Origin: an uncultured delta proteobacterium
Lineage (GTDB): Bacteria; Desulfobacterota; RBG-13-43-22
Direction: 5' to 3'
DNA: 64,000 nt
NCBI GenBank assembly: GCA_963790475.1
Contig: CAWBOS010000012.1
Span: 928,001-992,000 of the forward strand
A program made the position numbers and the translations under genes. The notes below the pieces were generated by a model. The model was not told the DNA's origin. It did no database searches and saw only the letters and a list, made by a program, of their open reading frames with translations. Below, one piece after another: positions 30,140 to 39,350 of this stretch. The first letter of the stretch is position 1, and every line of letters begins with the position of its first letter.

Positions 30140-31042
30140 ATGTCTGAAAAAATAGATGAACCAATCGAACCCCGGCGGATTTCCCGGATCGGGGCCAAGG
30201 CCATCATAAGAGGGATATTCAAACATAACCTTTCCCGGGCCGGGATAGTCATCATATTATTACTGATTTCTATGGCCATTTTTGCCCCTCTGCTGGCCCC
30301 TTACAATCCGAACACCCAGGACCTCTATCAAGTATTGACCGGTCCATCTGCCGCCCACTGGTTGGGGACCGATAATGTCGGCCGTGATCTTCTTTCCCGC
30401 ATTATTTACGGTTCTCGTGTTTCCATTACCGTAGGGGTTTTATCCACTTTTTTCTCGGCCTTCGTCGGGGTAGTCATCGGCCTGTTGGCCGGCTACCGGG
30501 GCGGGATCGTGGACATGATCGTCATGCGTATTGTCGATACCTTTATGTGCATTCCCTGGTTGCCCTTCGTCCTGGTTTTGGCCGCGGCCCTCGGACCGGG
30601 CTTGCAAAATATCGTGATCGCCCTCTCCTTTCTCGGTTGGACGGGTTTTTGCCGAATCATGCGCGGGCAGGTCCTCATGGTCCGGGAGCTGCCCTATGTG
30701 GAGGCCGCCAAGGCCGCCGGGGCCTCAAGCTTTCGGATCATGTTTAAACACCTTTTTCCGAACTGTCTGGCCCCCATTATCGTCGCCGTTACCATTACCC
30801 TGGGGGCTTTTATCATGGTTGAGAGCGCCATGGCCTTTTTCGGCCTGGGGGTTCAACCTCCCACAGCGAGTTGGGGGAAGGAGCTGAGGACCGGATATGC
30901 CTACTTGGAAACGGTCCCCTTCTTTTCCATTGCGCCCGGGATAATGATCACCCTGGCGGTTTTGGCATTCAACTTCCTCGGCGATGGTCTGAGGGATTCC
31001 CTTGATCCGCGTCTGCGCGGGGAAGGGAAAAAAATAAAATAA
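30140..31042 (+). CDS. peptide/nickel ABC transporter permease (DppC/OppC-like)
   Basis: HWLGTDNVGRDLLSRIIYG, YVEAAKAAGA, FLGDGLRDSLDPR. Confidence 0.95.
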   Translation: MSEKIDEPIEPRRISRIGAKAIIRGIFKHNLSRAGIVIILLLISMAIFAPLLAPYNPNTQDLYQVLTGPSAAHWLGTDNVGRDLLSRIIYGSRVSITVGVLSTFFSAFVGVVIGLLAGYRGGIVDMIVMRIVDTFMCIPWLPFVLVLAAALGPGLQNIVIALSFLGWTGFCRIMRGQVLMVRELPYVEAAKAAGASSFRIMFKHLFPNCLAPIIVAVTITLGAFIMVESAMAFFGLGVQPPTASWGKELRTGYAYLETVPFFSIAPGIMITLAVLAFNFLGDGLRDSLDPRLRGEGKKIK

Positions 31043-31051
31043 GACAAAAAA

Positions 31052-31137
31052 GGGTTCAAGGTTCAAGGTCCAAGGTTCACGGTTAAGGATTTTAGATTTG
31101 TGAAAAACCTTATACCGTATACCTTAGACCTCAAACC
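31052..31137. repeat. inverted heptamer tandem repeat (AGGTTCA)n/(ACCTTAT)n
   Basis: ggttcaa ggttcaa ggtccaa ggttcac ggtt ... aaccttat accgtat accttag acctcaa acc. Confidence 0.75.
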
Positions 31138-31154
31138 GGTAATTAGAGGCAATA

Positions 31155-32123
31155 ATGGCACCATTACTGGAAATTAAAAATCTGAGCACCCATTTTTTTA
31201 CCGATGACGGTTTGATCAAGGCCGTGGACCGGATTTCCTACGATATCCACGAGGGGGAGACCATCGGTTTGGTGGGGGAGAGCGGCTGCGGCAAGAGCGT
31301 CAGCGCCCTTTCGCTTCTCCGTCTGATCCCGAATCCTCCCGGAAAAATCGTAGAAGGTGAAATCCTTTTCCAGGGGCAGGACCTCCTCAAACTGACAGAA
31401 GATGAAATGTGCGAAATCCGCGGCAACAAGATGGCCATGATCTTTCAGGAACCCATGAATACCCTCAACCCGGTGAAGACCATCGGCTGGCAAATTTCAG
31501 AGCCCATGGAAATCCATCTGGGTATGAGCCGCGAAGAGGGTTTGAAAAAGTGCGTTCAGCTATTGACCGATGTCAAAATTCCGGAACCGGCGGCCCGGGT
31601 CAACGCTTATCCCCATCTTTTCAGCGGCGGGATGAGACAACGAACCGTGATCGCTATGGGATTGGGGTGCAATCCCAAGTTGATCATTGCCGATGAGCCG
31701 ACCACAGCCCTGGACGTAACTACCCAGGCCCAACTTCTCGAACTCATGAAAAACCTGACCCGAAATTACGGTACCGCCCTGCTCATCATCACTCATAATC
31801 TTGGGGTCGTGGCCCGCTATGCCGATCGGATTAACGTCATGTATGCCGGTCGTATTATTGAAAAAGGGACAGCTAGAGAAATTTTTAAGGACCCCCGTCA
31901 TCCCTACACCGAAGGACTGATGGCCTCCGTTCCCCGGTTGGATCTTGATATAAAGAAAAAACTGGTGCCCATCGAAGGTCAACCACCGGATTTTCTGCAT
32001 ATTCCATCGGGGTGTTCCTTTCATCCCCGTTGTCCTTATGCCTTTGAACGGTGCCGGGTTGAAACCCCGGAACTCATTTCCTTAGAAAAACTGCACGAGG
32101 CGGCCTGCTGGCGAAATGTCTAA
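31155..32123 (+). CDS. peptide ABC transporter ATP-binding protein (DppD/OppD-like)
   Basis: [28 protein letters not shown]-terminal [10 protein letters not shown] domain. Confidence 0.96.
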   Translation: MAPLLEIKNLSTHFFTDDGLIKAVDRISYDIHEGETIGLVGESGCGKSVSALSLLRLIPNPPGKIVEGEILFQGQDLLKLTEDEMCEIRGNKMAMIFQEPMNTLNPVKTIGWQISEPMEIHLGMSREEGLKKCVQLLTDVKIPEPAARVNAYPHLFSGGMRQRTVIAMGLGCNPKLIIADEPTTALDVTTQAQLLELMKNLTRNYGTALLIITHNLGVVARYADRINVMYAGRIIEKGTAREIFKDPRHPYTEGLMASVPRLDLDIKKKLVPIEGQPPDFLHIPSGCSFHPRCPYAFERCRVETPELISLEKLHEAACWRNV

Positions 32124-33111
32124 TAATAACGATAAAATTCTTCTTGATGTCCAGGATTTAAAAATGTATTTCCCCATTTCCGTGGGGTGGTTGCTTAAAA
32201 AGACAGTCGGTCATATTAAAGCCGTAGACGGCATCAGCTTTAAGATCGCCAAAGGGGAAACCTTGGGACTGGTCGGAGAAAGCGGCTGCGGCAAGACCAC
32301 CACCGGACGAACGATTCTCCAACTGGAGCGCCCGACTTCAGGCCGTATTTTCTTTGAAGGGGAAGATATCACCGGGATGGAAGAAAAAGCCCTGAGGACC
32401 CTTCGAAGGAAAATGCAGATGATTTTCCAGGACCCCTTTGGTTCCCTCAATCCCCGAATGACCGCCGGTGAAATCATCGGTGAACCGCTGCTGATTCACC
32501 GCCTGACTCACAGTAAGAAGGAATACCAAGATCAGGTCAAAGAATTGATGACCATCGTGGGCTTAAGTCCGACCACGATGGAAAGGTATCCTCATGAGTT
32601 CAGCGGGGGACAGAGGCAAAGGATCGGAGTGGCCAGGGCCCTTTCGGTCCGGCCCAATTTGATTGTTTGTGATGAACCGGTCTCGGCCCTGGATGTTTCC
32701 ATTCAGGCCCAGATCATCAACCTACTGGAAGAACTCCAGGAAAAGTTCGACCTCACTTATCTTTTCATCGCCCATGATCTGGCCGTGGTCAGACATATCA
32801 GCGACCGGATTGCCGTGATGTATCTAGGCGAAATCGTCGAAATAGCCACCAGGGGTGATTTATACCGGAACCCTATTCATCCTTATACCAGATCTCTCCT
32901 CTCGGCTATCCCGGTCCCGGATCCGATTGTGGAAGCGGAGCGGGAACATGTGCTTCTGGAAGGGGAGGTGCCCAGCCCGTTTAATCCGCCTTCAGGTTGC
33001 AAGTTTCATCCGCGATGTCCTACTGCCCAATTTCCTCGTTGCCGGGAGGAAAAACCCAAGCTGGTCGAAATCGAAGGCGGGCATCATTGGGTGTCTTGTT
33101 ATAGGGATTGA
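32116..33111 (+). CDS. peptide ABC transporter ATP-binding protein (DppF/OppF-like)
   Basis: [34 protein letters not shown]. Confidence 0.96.
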   Translation: MSNNNDKILLDVQDLKMYFPISVGWLLKKTVGHIKAVDGISFKIAKGETLGLVGESGCGKTTTGRTILQLERPTSGRIFFEGEDITGMEEKALRTLRRKMQMIFQDPFGSLNPRMTAGEIIGEPLLIHRLTHSKKEYQDQVKELMTIVGLSPTTMERYPHEFSGGQRQRIGVARALSVRPNLIVCDEPVSALDVSIQAQIINLLEELQEKFDLTYLFIAHDLAVVRHISDRIAVMYLGEIVEIATRGDLYRNPIHPYTRSLLSAIPVPDPIVEAEREHVLLEGEVPSPFNPPSGCKFHPRCPTAQFPRCREEKPKLVEIEGGHHWVSCYRD

Positions 33112-33235
33112 TCCGGTCTATTTGGTCTGTTTGGTGTGGTTGGAATTTAAGCATAATGTAATTGAAATAAAGATTTTAACCTTTAACCTCAAACTTTAAT
33201 ATTTGGGAACTTTTTTTTGAAAGGAGCAAAGTATC

Positions 33236-35146
33236 ATGTACCAAAGGAAAAGATTACTAAGTATTTTTGCAGGCCTGGTCTTTTTAATGTTTCTGACGGC
33301 CCTTATCCCCGCTGTGGGATCTGCCGCCAAGGCTAAACCGGCTTCCGCCAAATCAATCGCCGCGGCGCAACAACTTACTGCCGGGCAGGAATTTCCCGTT
33401 ACCGGAAAAGAATATCTGGAATGGGCGAAAAAAAGAGGAATGACTTGGGATACCAGCTACTGGCCGACCAAACCGGTACGGGGAGGGGTTTTTCAATCAG
33501 CGGCCCCCTTGTATATCGGGCTGATGAACCCCAACCACTGGCCGGTAAACGACTGGGTGACCATCAGTTATTTTTATGACGAACTTGTTTGGACGGATGG
33601 AAATTATAAACCCACCGTGCCCTTTCTGGCCGAATCCTGGAAATATCTGGACCCAAAAACCGTGGTCATGAAACTTCGGCAAGGGGTACAGTTTCATGAC
33701 GGGACGCCTTTTAATGCCGAAAGTGTTAAGTATCAGATGGAGTGGATCAAGGATCCCGCTAATGGGGCCTGGACCCGGGCCTGGCTTGAACCCCTGGAAT
33801 CGGTCGAAATCATCGATAACTACACGGTCAAGTTTCATTTTAGTAAACCCTGGGCCTCCTTCATTGGGGTCATGTCCAATGTTCCTGGAAAAATGATCTC
33901 AACCAAGGCCCTGAAAGCCGATGTAGCTTTAAGAGAATCTAAAAAATTGGCCGGCCAGGTGGAAAAGGAAAAGAAGAATGTGGCCGATACGGAGAAGGAA
34001 GTCGCCGCCGCCACCGGTGAAGCGGCTGAAAAGGCCAAGGCCAAGCTGGACGCGGCTAAGAAAAAATTAGCTCCCCTGGAGGAACAATACAAAAAGGCTG
34101 CTGCCCTGGCTGAAGGGGCCAAGCCATTGGACAACTTTCCGGTCGGCACAGGTGAATTTATGTTCGAGGAGGGCAGTCCGGGCAATTACCTAAAATTGAA
34201 AAGGAATCCTAACTGGTGGTGGGGAAAATTCATCGGAAAACCGGACATGCCTTACCTTGACGGACTCAATGTCAGTATCATCCCTGATCCATCGGTCCGA
34301 CTGGCCAATCTACGGGCCGGAAAACTTGATTATATGGTGATTGACCCTTCCCAGTACCCTATGGTCAAGAATGACAAGAGTTTGAACGTCTATGTCTATC
34401 CCCTAAACTGGGTGGTGGGCCTGCGTTTTAACCAGAAAGATGGACCCTGCAAAGACATTAGGGTCCGCAAAGCCATCTCCATTGCCCTGGATCGAAAGGC
34501 CCTGATTAACGGCGTGGCTTTCGGTTTGGGTGACCCGTCCAGTGGTCCTTTCCCCAACCAACACTGGGCCCATAATCCCAGTCTCAAGCCGCTGGCCTAT
34601 AACCCGGAACTTGCCAAGAAATTACTGGCCGAGGCCGGGTATAAAAACGGGTTGACCATAAAGGGATATATGTACAACGAATCCGGGTCCCAGACCATGG
34701 CCGAGGCGGTTAAAAATATGCTGGCCAAAGTAGGCATTAACTGGAAGGTGGAGTTGCTCGATCCGGCGGCTGCCGCTGAAAAGATGAGAAAGCTCGATTA
34801 CGATCTGGCCACCAATACCTGGACCTGGATCTATGACCCGGACCTCCTGCTCACCGGCTGGTACGATACGGATGGAGGGTTTAACTTCGGCAAGAGTAAC
34901 AATAAGAAAGTCATCTCCCTGATTGAGGCCGGGCGTGAAGAGGTGGACCTGGCCAAGAGGACCAAGATCTATTGGGAAATTGAAAAATTGCTCTACGACA
35001 ACTATGAGGACGTCTATTTATATTACCCCAGGACCGTAACCCTTTTTCGCAAGAACGTCCAGGGCTGGAACAATGACATGTACTGGAAGATGAAAGATAT
35101 ACAATGGTGGTCACACCCCCTGTGGTTTAAAAATGGAAAGCGGTAA
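33236..35146 (+). CDS. ABC transporter substrate-binding protein, family 5 (paralog 1)
   Basis: Signal peptide, LAESW, LRQGVQFHDGTPFNAESVK, PVGTG, DIRVRKAI..ALDR; carries a long Ala/Lys/Glu-rich insertion. Confidence 0.95.
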   Translation: MYQRKRLLSIFAGLVFLMFLTALIPAVGSAAKAKPASAKSIAAAQQLTAGQEFPVTGKEYLEWAKKRGMTWDTSYWPTKPVRGGVFQSAAPLYIGLMNPNHWPVNDWVTISYFYDELVWTDGNYKPTVPFLAESWKYLDPKTVVMKLRQGVQFHDGTPFNAESVKYQMEWIKDPANGAWTRAWLEPLESVEIIDNYTVKFHFSKPWASFIGVMSNVPGKMISTKALKADVALRESKKLAGQVEKEKKNVADTEKEVAAATGEAAEKAKAKLDAAKKKLAPLEEQYKKAAALAEGAKPLDNFPVGTGEFMFEEGSPGNYLKLKRNPNWWWGKFIGKPDMPYLDGLNVSIIPDPSVRLANLRAGKLDYMVIDPSQYPMVKNDKSLNVYVYPLNWVVGLRFNQKDGPCKDIRVRKAISIALDRKALINGVAFGLGDPSSGPFPNQHWAHNPSLKPLAYNPELAKKLLAEAGYKNGLTIKGYMYNESGSQTMAEAVKNMLAKVGINWKVELLDPAAAAEKMRKLDYDLATNTWTWIYDPDLLLTGWYDTDGGFNFGKSNNKKVISLIEAGREEVDLAKRTKIYWEIEKLLYDNYEDVYLYYPRTVTLFRKNVQGWNNDMYWKMKDIQWWSHPLWFKNGKR

Positions 35147-35270
35147 TTTAACGAAAAACAGGCTATAGGCAATAGGCACGAGGCCAAAGGAAGTAAGGGT
35201 TAGAAGGATCTATTAGTTTGACCCCTCTCGGGCTTGAGGCCTTTCGGATGGTAGCGATCAAAGTAACTAT

Positions 35271-35397
35271 TGAATTCGTAAATTAGCAGAAAGTCCCTTA
35301 CCGTCATCCCTTACCGTTATTCCGACGAAAGTCGGAATCCATCCCGCCTTTGGCGGGACCGGTTTTCACCGGGGTGACAATTTCTATAAAGTTTATG
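35271..35397. repeat. REP-like element with inserted palindrome
   Basis: CGTTATTCCGACGAAAGTCGGAATCCA [TCCCGCCTTTGGCGGGA] CCGGTTTTCACCGGGGTGAC. Confidence 0.65.
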
Positions 35398-35615
35398 ATC
35401 ACTAATATAGTGCTCATCGTGATTGAGCACGAGGGATAATAATCGGAAAACAGCCCCCTGAATCTCCCTTTTTAAGAGTTGGAGTTTTTTTAGGTTCCCT
35501 TCTCTAATAAGGGGGATGAGGGGGGTTTTTATTTTAGATTATAGAATAACGCTCTCGGATTAACTCCGAGGCCGGCTTGGTTACAGGGTAGAAGATTTTA
35601 TATGCCAAGCACTAT

Positions 35616-35750
35616 TAATGAATATCTAAAAAGTCGTCACCCCGGTAAAAACCGGGGTCCAGGCAACTTAGGGCTACTTAAAAACACTGGATTCCGGCTT
35701 TCACCGGAATGACAAAAATGGGATCTCGGCGACTTTTTATAGATCCATCA
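35616..35750. mobile_element. MITE-like element: terminal inverted repeats enclosing a REP pair
   Basis: TAATGAATATCTAAAAAGTC [GTCACCCCGGTAAAAACCGGGGTCCAGG..CTGGATTCCGGCTTTCACCGGAATGAC] GACTTTTTATAGATCCATCA. Confidence 0.75.
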
Positions 35751-35782
35751 GCATATTTTCGAATCCTTAAGGAGGAACGACT

Positions 35783-38185
35783 GTGAATAATCAGGTATCA
35801 AGAAATGAGATGTGGATCGACTCACCCCTGGGAAAGCGTTTACCGGATGCGGGGGGATCGCCGGTAGGTGTGGCCCGGCTTGATCCGGAAAAGGCTTATG
35901 CCGGAGTGGGTGAACTTCTTCAGCAGGTCATCAACGAATCCAGTCAAGAGGCCTGGAATAAGATCAAGGCCAAGATCGATTATACCTATGAAGGCCTGGA
36001 TTACGCATTGGGTCCTCTGAAGGAGGAGACTGGCTTTGAGAAAGAAATTAAAGCTCGATTGGACAAAGGGGAAAAATTCCTTTTTAAACCTAACCTGGTA
36101 GCGCCCTTTAATATTGACCCCCAGACCCATGGGCCTACCACGGCAAGTACAACCTGCACTGAATGGCCATTTGTGGCTGCCCTCATGCGTTGGTTTCATG
36201 ACCGATTGGGAGTTCGTTATCATCAAATGGCTGTGGGTGAAGCGGCTACAGCTATGTCGGCCGCCGCCGGATTTTTTTCCATGATTAATCCTGAAGGAAA
36301 AACGGTTACTACCGAAGCTGTTATTGAGGGCCGGTCGGGCAATTTTTATGGAGGTTGGGGGTTTTATTTTGTCCGGAAATATTTGGGCGAATGCCCTGGG
36401 GTTGAACATAATGATGATCCGATGCAAGGCTATGAGAGTAGTGTGGCCGGATTGTACACCCCTCCCGGGCGTGTGGATCATGAACTTAGGGCGTTCGATC
36501 TGAACCGGATTGATGATCCCCAAAAGGGCCGGGAGATTGAAGTGCCGGGTGGCATCAATTTTAAAACTTTAACTCTACACAAAGCCATTATAGGAGGCGA
36601 TCCGACGGAACCCCAGGATCGAAAGAATTATCCAGGATGCATCCTGGTCAACATACCCAAAATGAAAGTACATACCCAGGCCCTTTTCACCAACATCATT
36701 AAAAATTTGGGGATCGGCCTTTATCCGATGCAATTTTCCAAGGGAGGCGACTGTTGCTGGGAATACAGCAACCCCCAGTGTCCGGTTCCCGGGATGAAAG
36801 GTGGTGTTCCCCATGAAGTCTGGGTTCCGGAAATGGATTATGAGACCTGCCTTCCGGTAGTAGATCAGTCCGGAAAATTGAATTTGAAAAAGACCGGAGG
36901 CCTAACCGCGACCATGGTTGATATTGTTAAAGCGGTTCAAAACCAGGATATACTCATGATCCACATTGTTGATGCCATCCAAGCGATCAATGTGGACCAT
37001 ATGGGTTCGGATATGGCCAAAAGAGAGGCAGAAGGACTGGTTTTTGCCGGGCTGGACCCGGTGGCTGCCGATTTATTGTGCGCCAGGTACATGTTCAGCA
37101 ATGTGCCTTTAAGAGAAGCCCTGGAGGTGAAAATAGACGACGGTGTAGGAGGTTTCTTCCCTCAGGCCGTTCCCTTGCCGACCGTGGAAGGGAACAATAT
37201 CATCACCGGAAAAGGATATGATTGCCCCTTGGCACGCGATAACTGTTTTGAACAAGCCGAAGTGAGAGGTTTGGGCAAAAGGGCTTATCATGTATTGGGA
37301 TGGGACGCAGTCACTGACAGTCCGCTGGTATCCCTGGAGGGACATCTGGGCCGGGTGAAAGACGGAATTTTTATCGATGTCAATACCAAGTCCCTTTATT
37401 TTGGCTTCTTCAAATTTCCCTGGGATCTTCAGAAAACCGCCTTTGGCTACCTCTCGGCCGTCGATCAGTTAACCGGCTCATCTTGGAAGAAAGAATTTTT
37501 AGAAGCTTTCGACGAGAATGGCGATGGAATTATCAGCTATTGGGAAACAGGCAAAAAAGGGATAGAAGCCCTTTTTCTGCATCAAGGAGGATATTCGACT
37601 TCCTGCCTGGCTACAGAACCGCTGGGCTTTATTTCCGGACGGGTCAAAACCATGATGAAGACCATCAAACTCGCAGATCCCCGGAGAAACAGCCGTGGTT
37701 ATGATTTTCTCCGGGAATCTTCATTCGGTACGATCTGTCTGGTCGCTTTCAGAATGTCCCAAATCGAAATGGAAAGCCCGGACCTTTTTGTCCCTGGTAT
37801 GACTTGGGGCAAGGGGAAATGGCCCAGCTTTCAGACGGCCCAGTTTCTTTCCTTGGGCATGCAGCTTTATGGGCAGGGCTTTCCTTTCCAACCCGGTTTT
37901 CCCAGCCTCTATGGATCAGCCGTTTATTATGCCGATCTGACCCAAACGGGGGGTAAATATATAGGGCTCACCTCCGGCCGACAGCCGGACCCTGAAAAAC
38001 TCCAAGCCTATGTGGCCGGGGTCCAAAAAGGCCAGGATCAAGCTATGGATTTTGTCTTTTACGTACCTCCAGGTTATGAAAATCTTGGAGGATCCCCTCT
38101 GCCGAATGTGGAGGCCACCGATGATCCGGCCAAGGTCTTGACCATTCGGTTCAATGGGGGCCAGGAGATTTGGGGGGAGGTTTAG
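35783..38185 (+). CDS. large DUF362-like protein with a C-terminal extension containing an EF-hand-like loop
   Basis: FKPNLV, VNIPKMKVH, IKNLGIG and DPVAAD motifs of DUF362; DENGDGIISYWE loop; AAGGAGG RBS before GTG. Confidence 0.75.
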   Translation: MNNQVSRNEMWIDSPLGKRLPDAGGSPVGVARLDPEKAYAGVGELLQQVINESSQEAWNKIKAKIDYTYEGLDYALGPLKEETGFEKEIKARLDKGEKFLFKPNLVAPFNIDPQTHGPTTASTTCTEWPFVAALMRWFHDRLGVRYHQMAVGEAATAMSAAAGFFSMINPEGKTVTTEAVIEGRSGNFYGGWGFYFVRKYLGECPGVEHNDDPMQGYESSVAGLYTPPGRVDHELRAFDLNRIDDPQKGREIEVPGGINFKTLTLHKAIIGGDPTEPQDRKNYPGCILVNIPKMKVHTQALFTNIIKNLGIGLYPMQFSKGGDCCWEYSNPQCPVPGMKGGVPHEVWVPEMDYETCLPVVDQSGKLNLKKTGGLTATMVDIVKAVQNQDILMIHIVDAIQAINVDHMGSDMAKREAEGLVFAGLDPVAADLLCARYMFSNVPLREALEVKIDDGVGGFFPQAVPLPTVEGNNIITGKGYDCPLARDNCFEQAEVRGLGKRAYHVLGWDAVTDSPLVSLEGHLGRVKDGIFIDVNTKSLYFGFFKFPWDLQKTAFGYLSAVDQLTGSSWKKEFLEAFDENGDGIISYWETGKKGIEALFLHQGGYSTSCLATEPLGFISGRVKTMMKTIKLADPRRNSRGYDFLRESSFGTICLVAFRMSQIEMESPDLFVPGMTWGKGKWPSFQTAQFLSLGMQLYGQGFPFQPGFPSLYGSAVYYADLTQTGGKYIGLTSGRQPDPEKLQAYVAGVQKGQDQAMDFVFYVPPGYENLGGSPLPNVEATDDPAKVLTIRFNGGQEIWGEV

Positions 38186-38189
38186 TATC

Positions 38190-38262
38190 AAGTTTTGAGT
38201 TCGGAGTAATTAGTAATTGAAAAAAGGGTTCTCTCCGAACTCCGAACTAATCACTCCGAACT
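38190..38262. repeat. inverted heptamer repeat (GTTCGGA/TCCGAAC type)
   Basis: agttttg agttcgg agtaatt agtaatt ... ctccgaa ctccgaa ctaatca ctccgaa ct. The same type occurs at 61088-61174. Confidence 0.7.
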
Positions 38263-38295
38263 ATTACCGCAGAACTTAGAATTAGGAGGTAATTC

Positions 38296-39192
38296 ATGCC
38301 CTATTTTGAAAGAGGTCATGTCCGCATCTATTATGAAGATGTCGGAAAAGGAGAACCCATCATCGCCAATCACGGGTTGATGGAAGACTGCGGATACTGG
38401 AGCGAGACGGGGATAACGGCCAGGCTGGCAGAGCACTATCGGGTCATCTCCATGGATATGCGCGGTCATGGCCGCACGGTCGTCTCCGGGCAGCCTTATG
38501 GCTTTGATGTGGGGACCATGGCCAATGATTTTGGGGCCCTGGCCGATTCATTGGGCCTGGATAAGTTTCATATCCTAAGTCACGCTACCGGTGGAATGGT
38601 TGCCGTTCGCTACGCCATGACTACCTCCAAAAGACTTTTAAGCCTTATGTTGACTGATACCGGTTCGGCCACAGCCCCAGAAATGCCGGCGCCAGATGGG
38701 CAGGCGATGCTGGACCCGGAAGCGCGAAGAGAGGCCTTTACCTTGGGGGCCGAAGCGCGAAAAATCACGTCCGTTGAAGACTGGATGACCTATGCCAAGG
38801 CCAATCCCGGCCCCTTTCTCTTTAAGATGGCCGAACAACCTGAGGCAGAACGCATGTGGGGAATCTACGAAGGATTTCTTCGCCGGAGCGACCCGGTGGC
38901 CATTGGTAATTTCATGTTGAGTTTTTACGCCGATCCGGACCCGATGATTGAAGGGTTGAGGCAGATCGCCTGCCCGACTATGATTCTTCTTGGGGAATTC
39001 GACCTGGTGTTCCTGGGACCGAGCGAAATCCTCGCTCGAGAGATTCCTGATAACAGGCACGTGATTCTGAATAGTGTGGGACATATGACGGCCATCGAAG
39101 ACCCGGAACGAACGGTCAAGGAGATACTCGATTTTCTGAAGGCAGTGGGCGGCAACCGGAAAGGCAAAGAAGAAAGGTTGATGGTCCAGTAG
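38296..39192 (+). CDS. alpha/beta hydrolase fold protein with atypical nucleophile elbow
   Basis: NHGL, DMRGHG, SHATGG in place of GxSxG, GEFD, GH. Confidence 0.9.
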   Translation: MPYFERGHVRIYYEDVGKGEPIIANHGLMEDCGYWSETGITARLAEHYRVISMDMRGHGRTVVSGQPYGFDVGTMANDFGALADSLGLDKFHILSHATGGMVAVRYAMTTSKRLLSLMLTDTGSATAPEMPAPDGQAMLDPEARREAFTLGAEARKITSVEDWMTYAKANPGPFLFKMAEQPEAERMWGIYEGFLRRSDPVAIGNFMLSFYADPDPMIEGLRQIACPTMILLGEFDLVFLGPSEILAREIPDNRHVILNSVGHMTAIEDPERTVKEILDFLKAVGGNRKGKEERLMVQ

Positions 39193-39215
39193 ATATTCTC
39201 TGAAAGTCCAACAAA

Positions 39216-39314
39216 GTCATTCCGGCGACAGCCGGAATCCAGTGTTTGTAAATAGTTTTATGTAACCTGGACCCCGGCTTTCGCCGGGGTGACAACTTTT
39301 TAGGCAATTGTCAA
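39216..39314. repeat. REP-like inverted pair with partial MITE end
   Basis: GTCATTCCGGCGACAGCCGGAATCCAG ... CTGGACCCCGGCTTTCGCCGGGGTGAC, then AACTTTTTAGGCAATTGTCAA. Confidence 0.8.
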
Positions 39315-39350
39315 GTTTAACAACTTTCTAATCGAAAGGAGTTTAACATC

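Noticed and set aside
29942-30155. Short ORFs between the two permease genes (and similar ones at 13155, 19762 and 39116)
   Set aside because: They are translations of palindromic repeat elements.
35400-35612. Possible ncRNA or riboswitch upstream of the DUF362-like gene
   Set aside because: Contains several small hairpins and a degenerate C-rich/G-rich palindrome but no riboswitch consensus I can recognise; an Rfam search would be needed.
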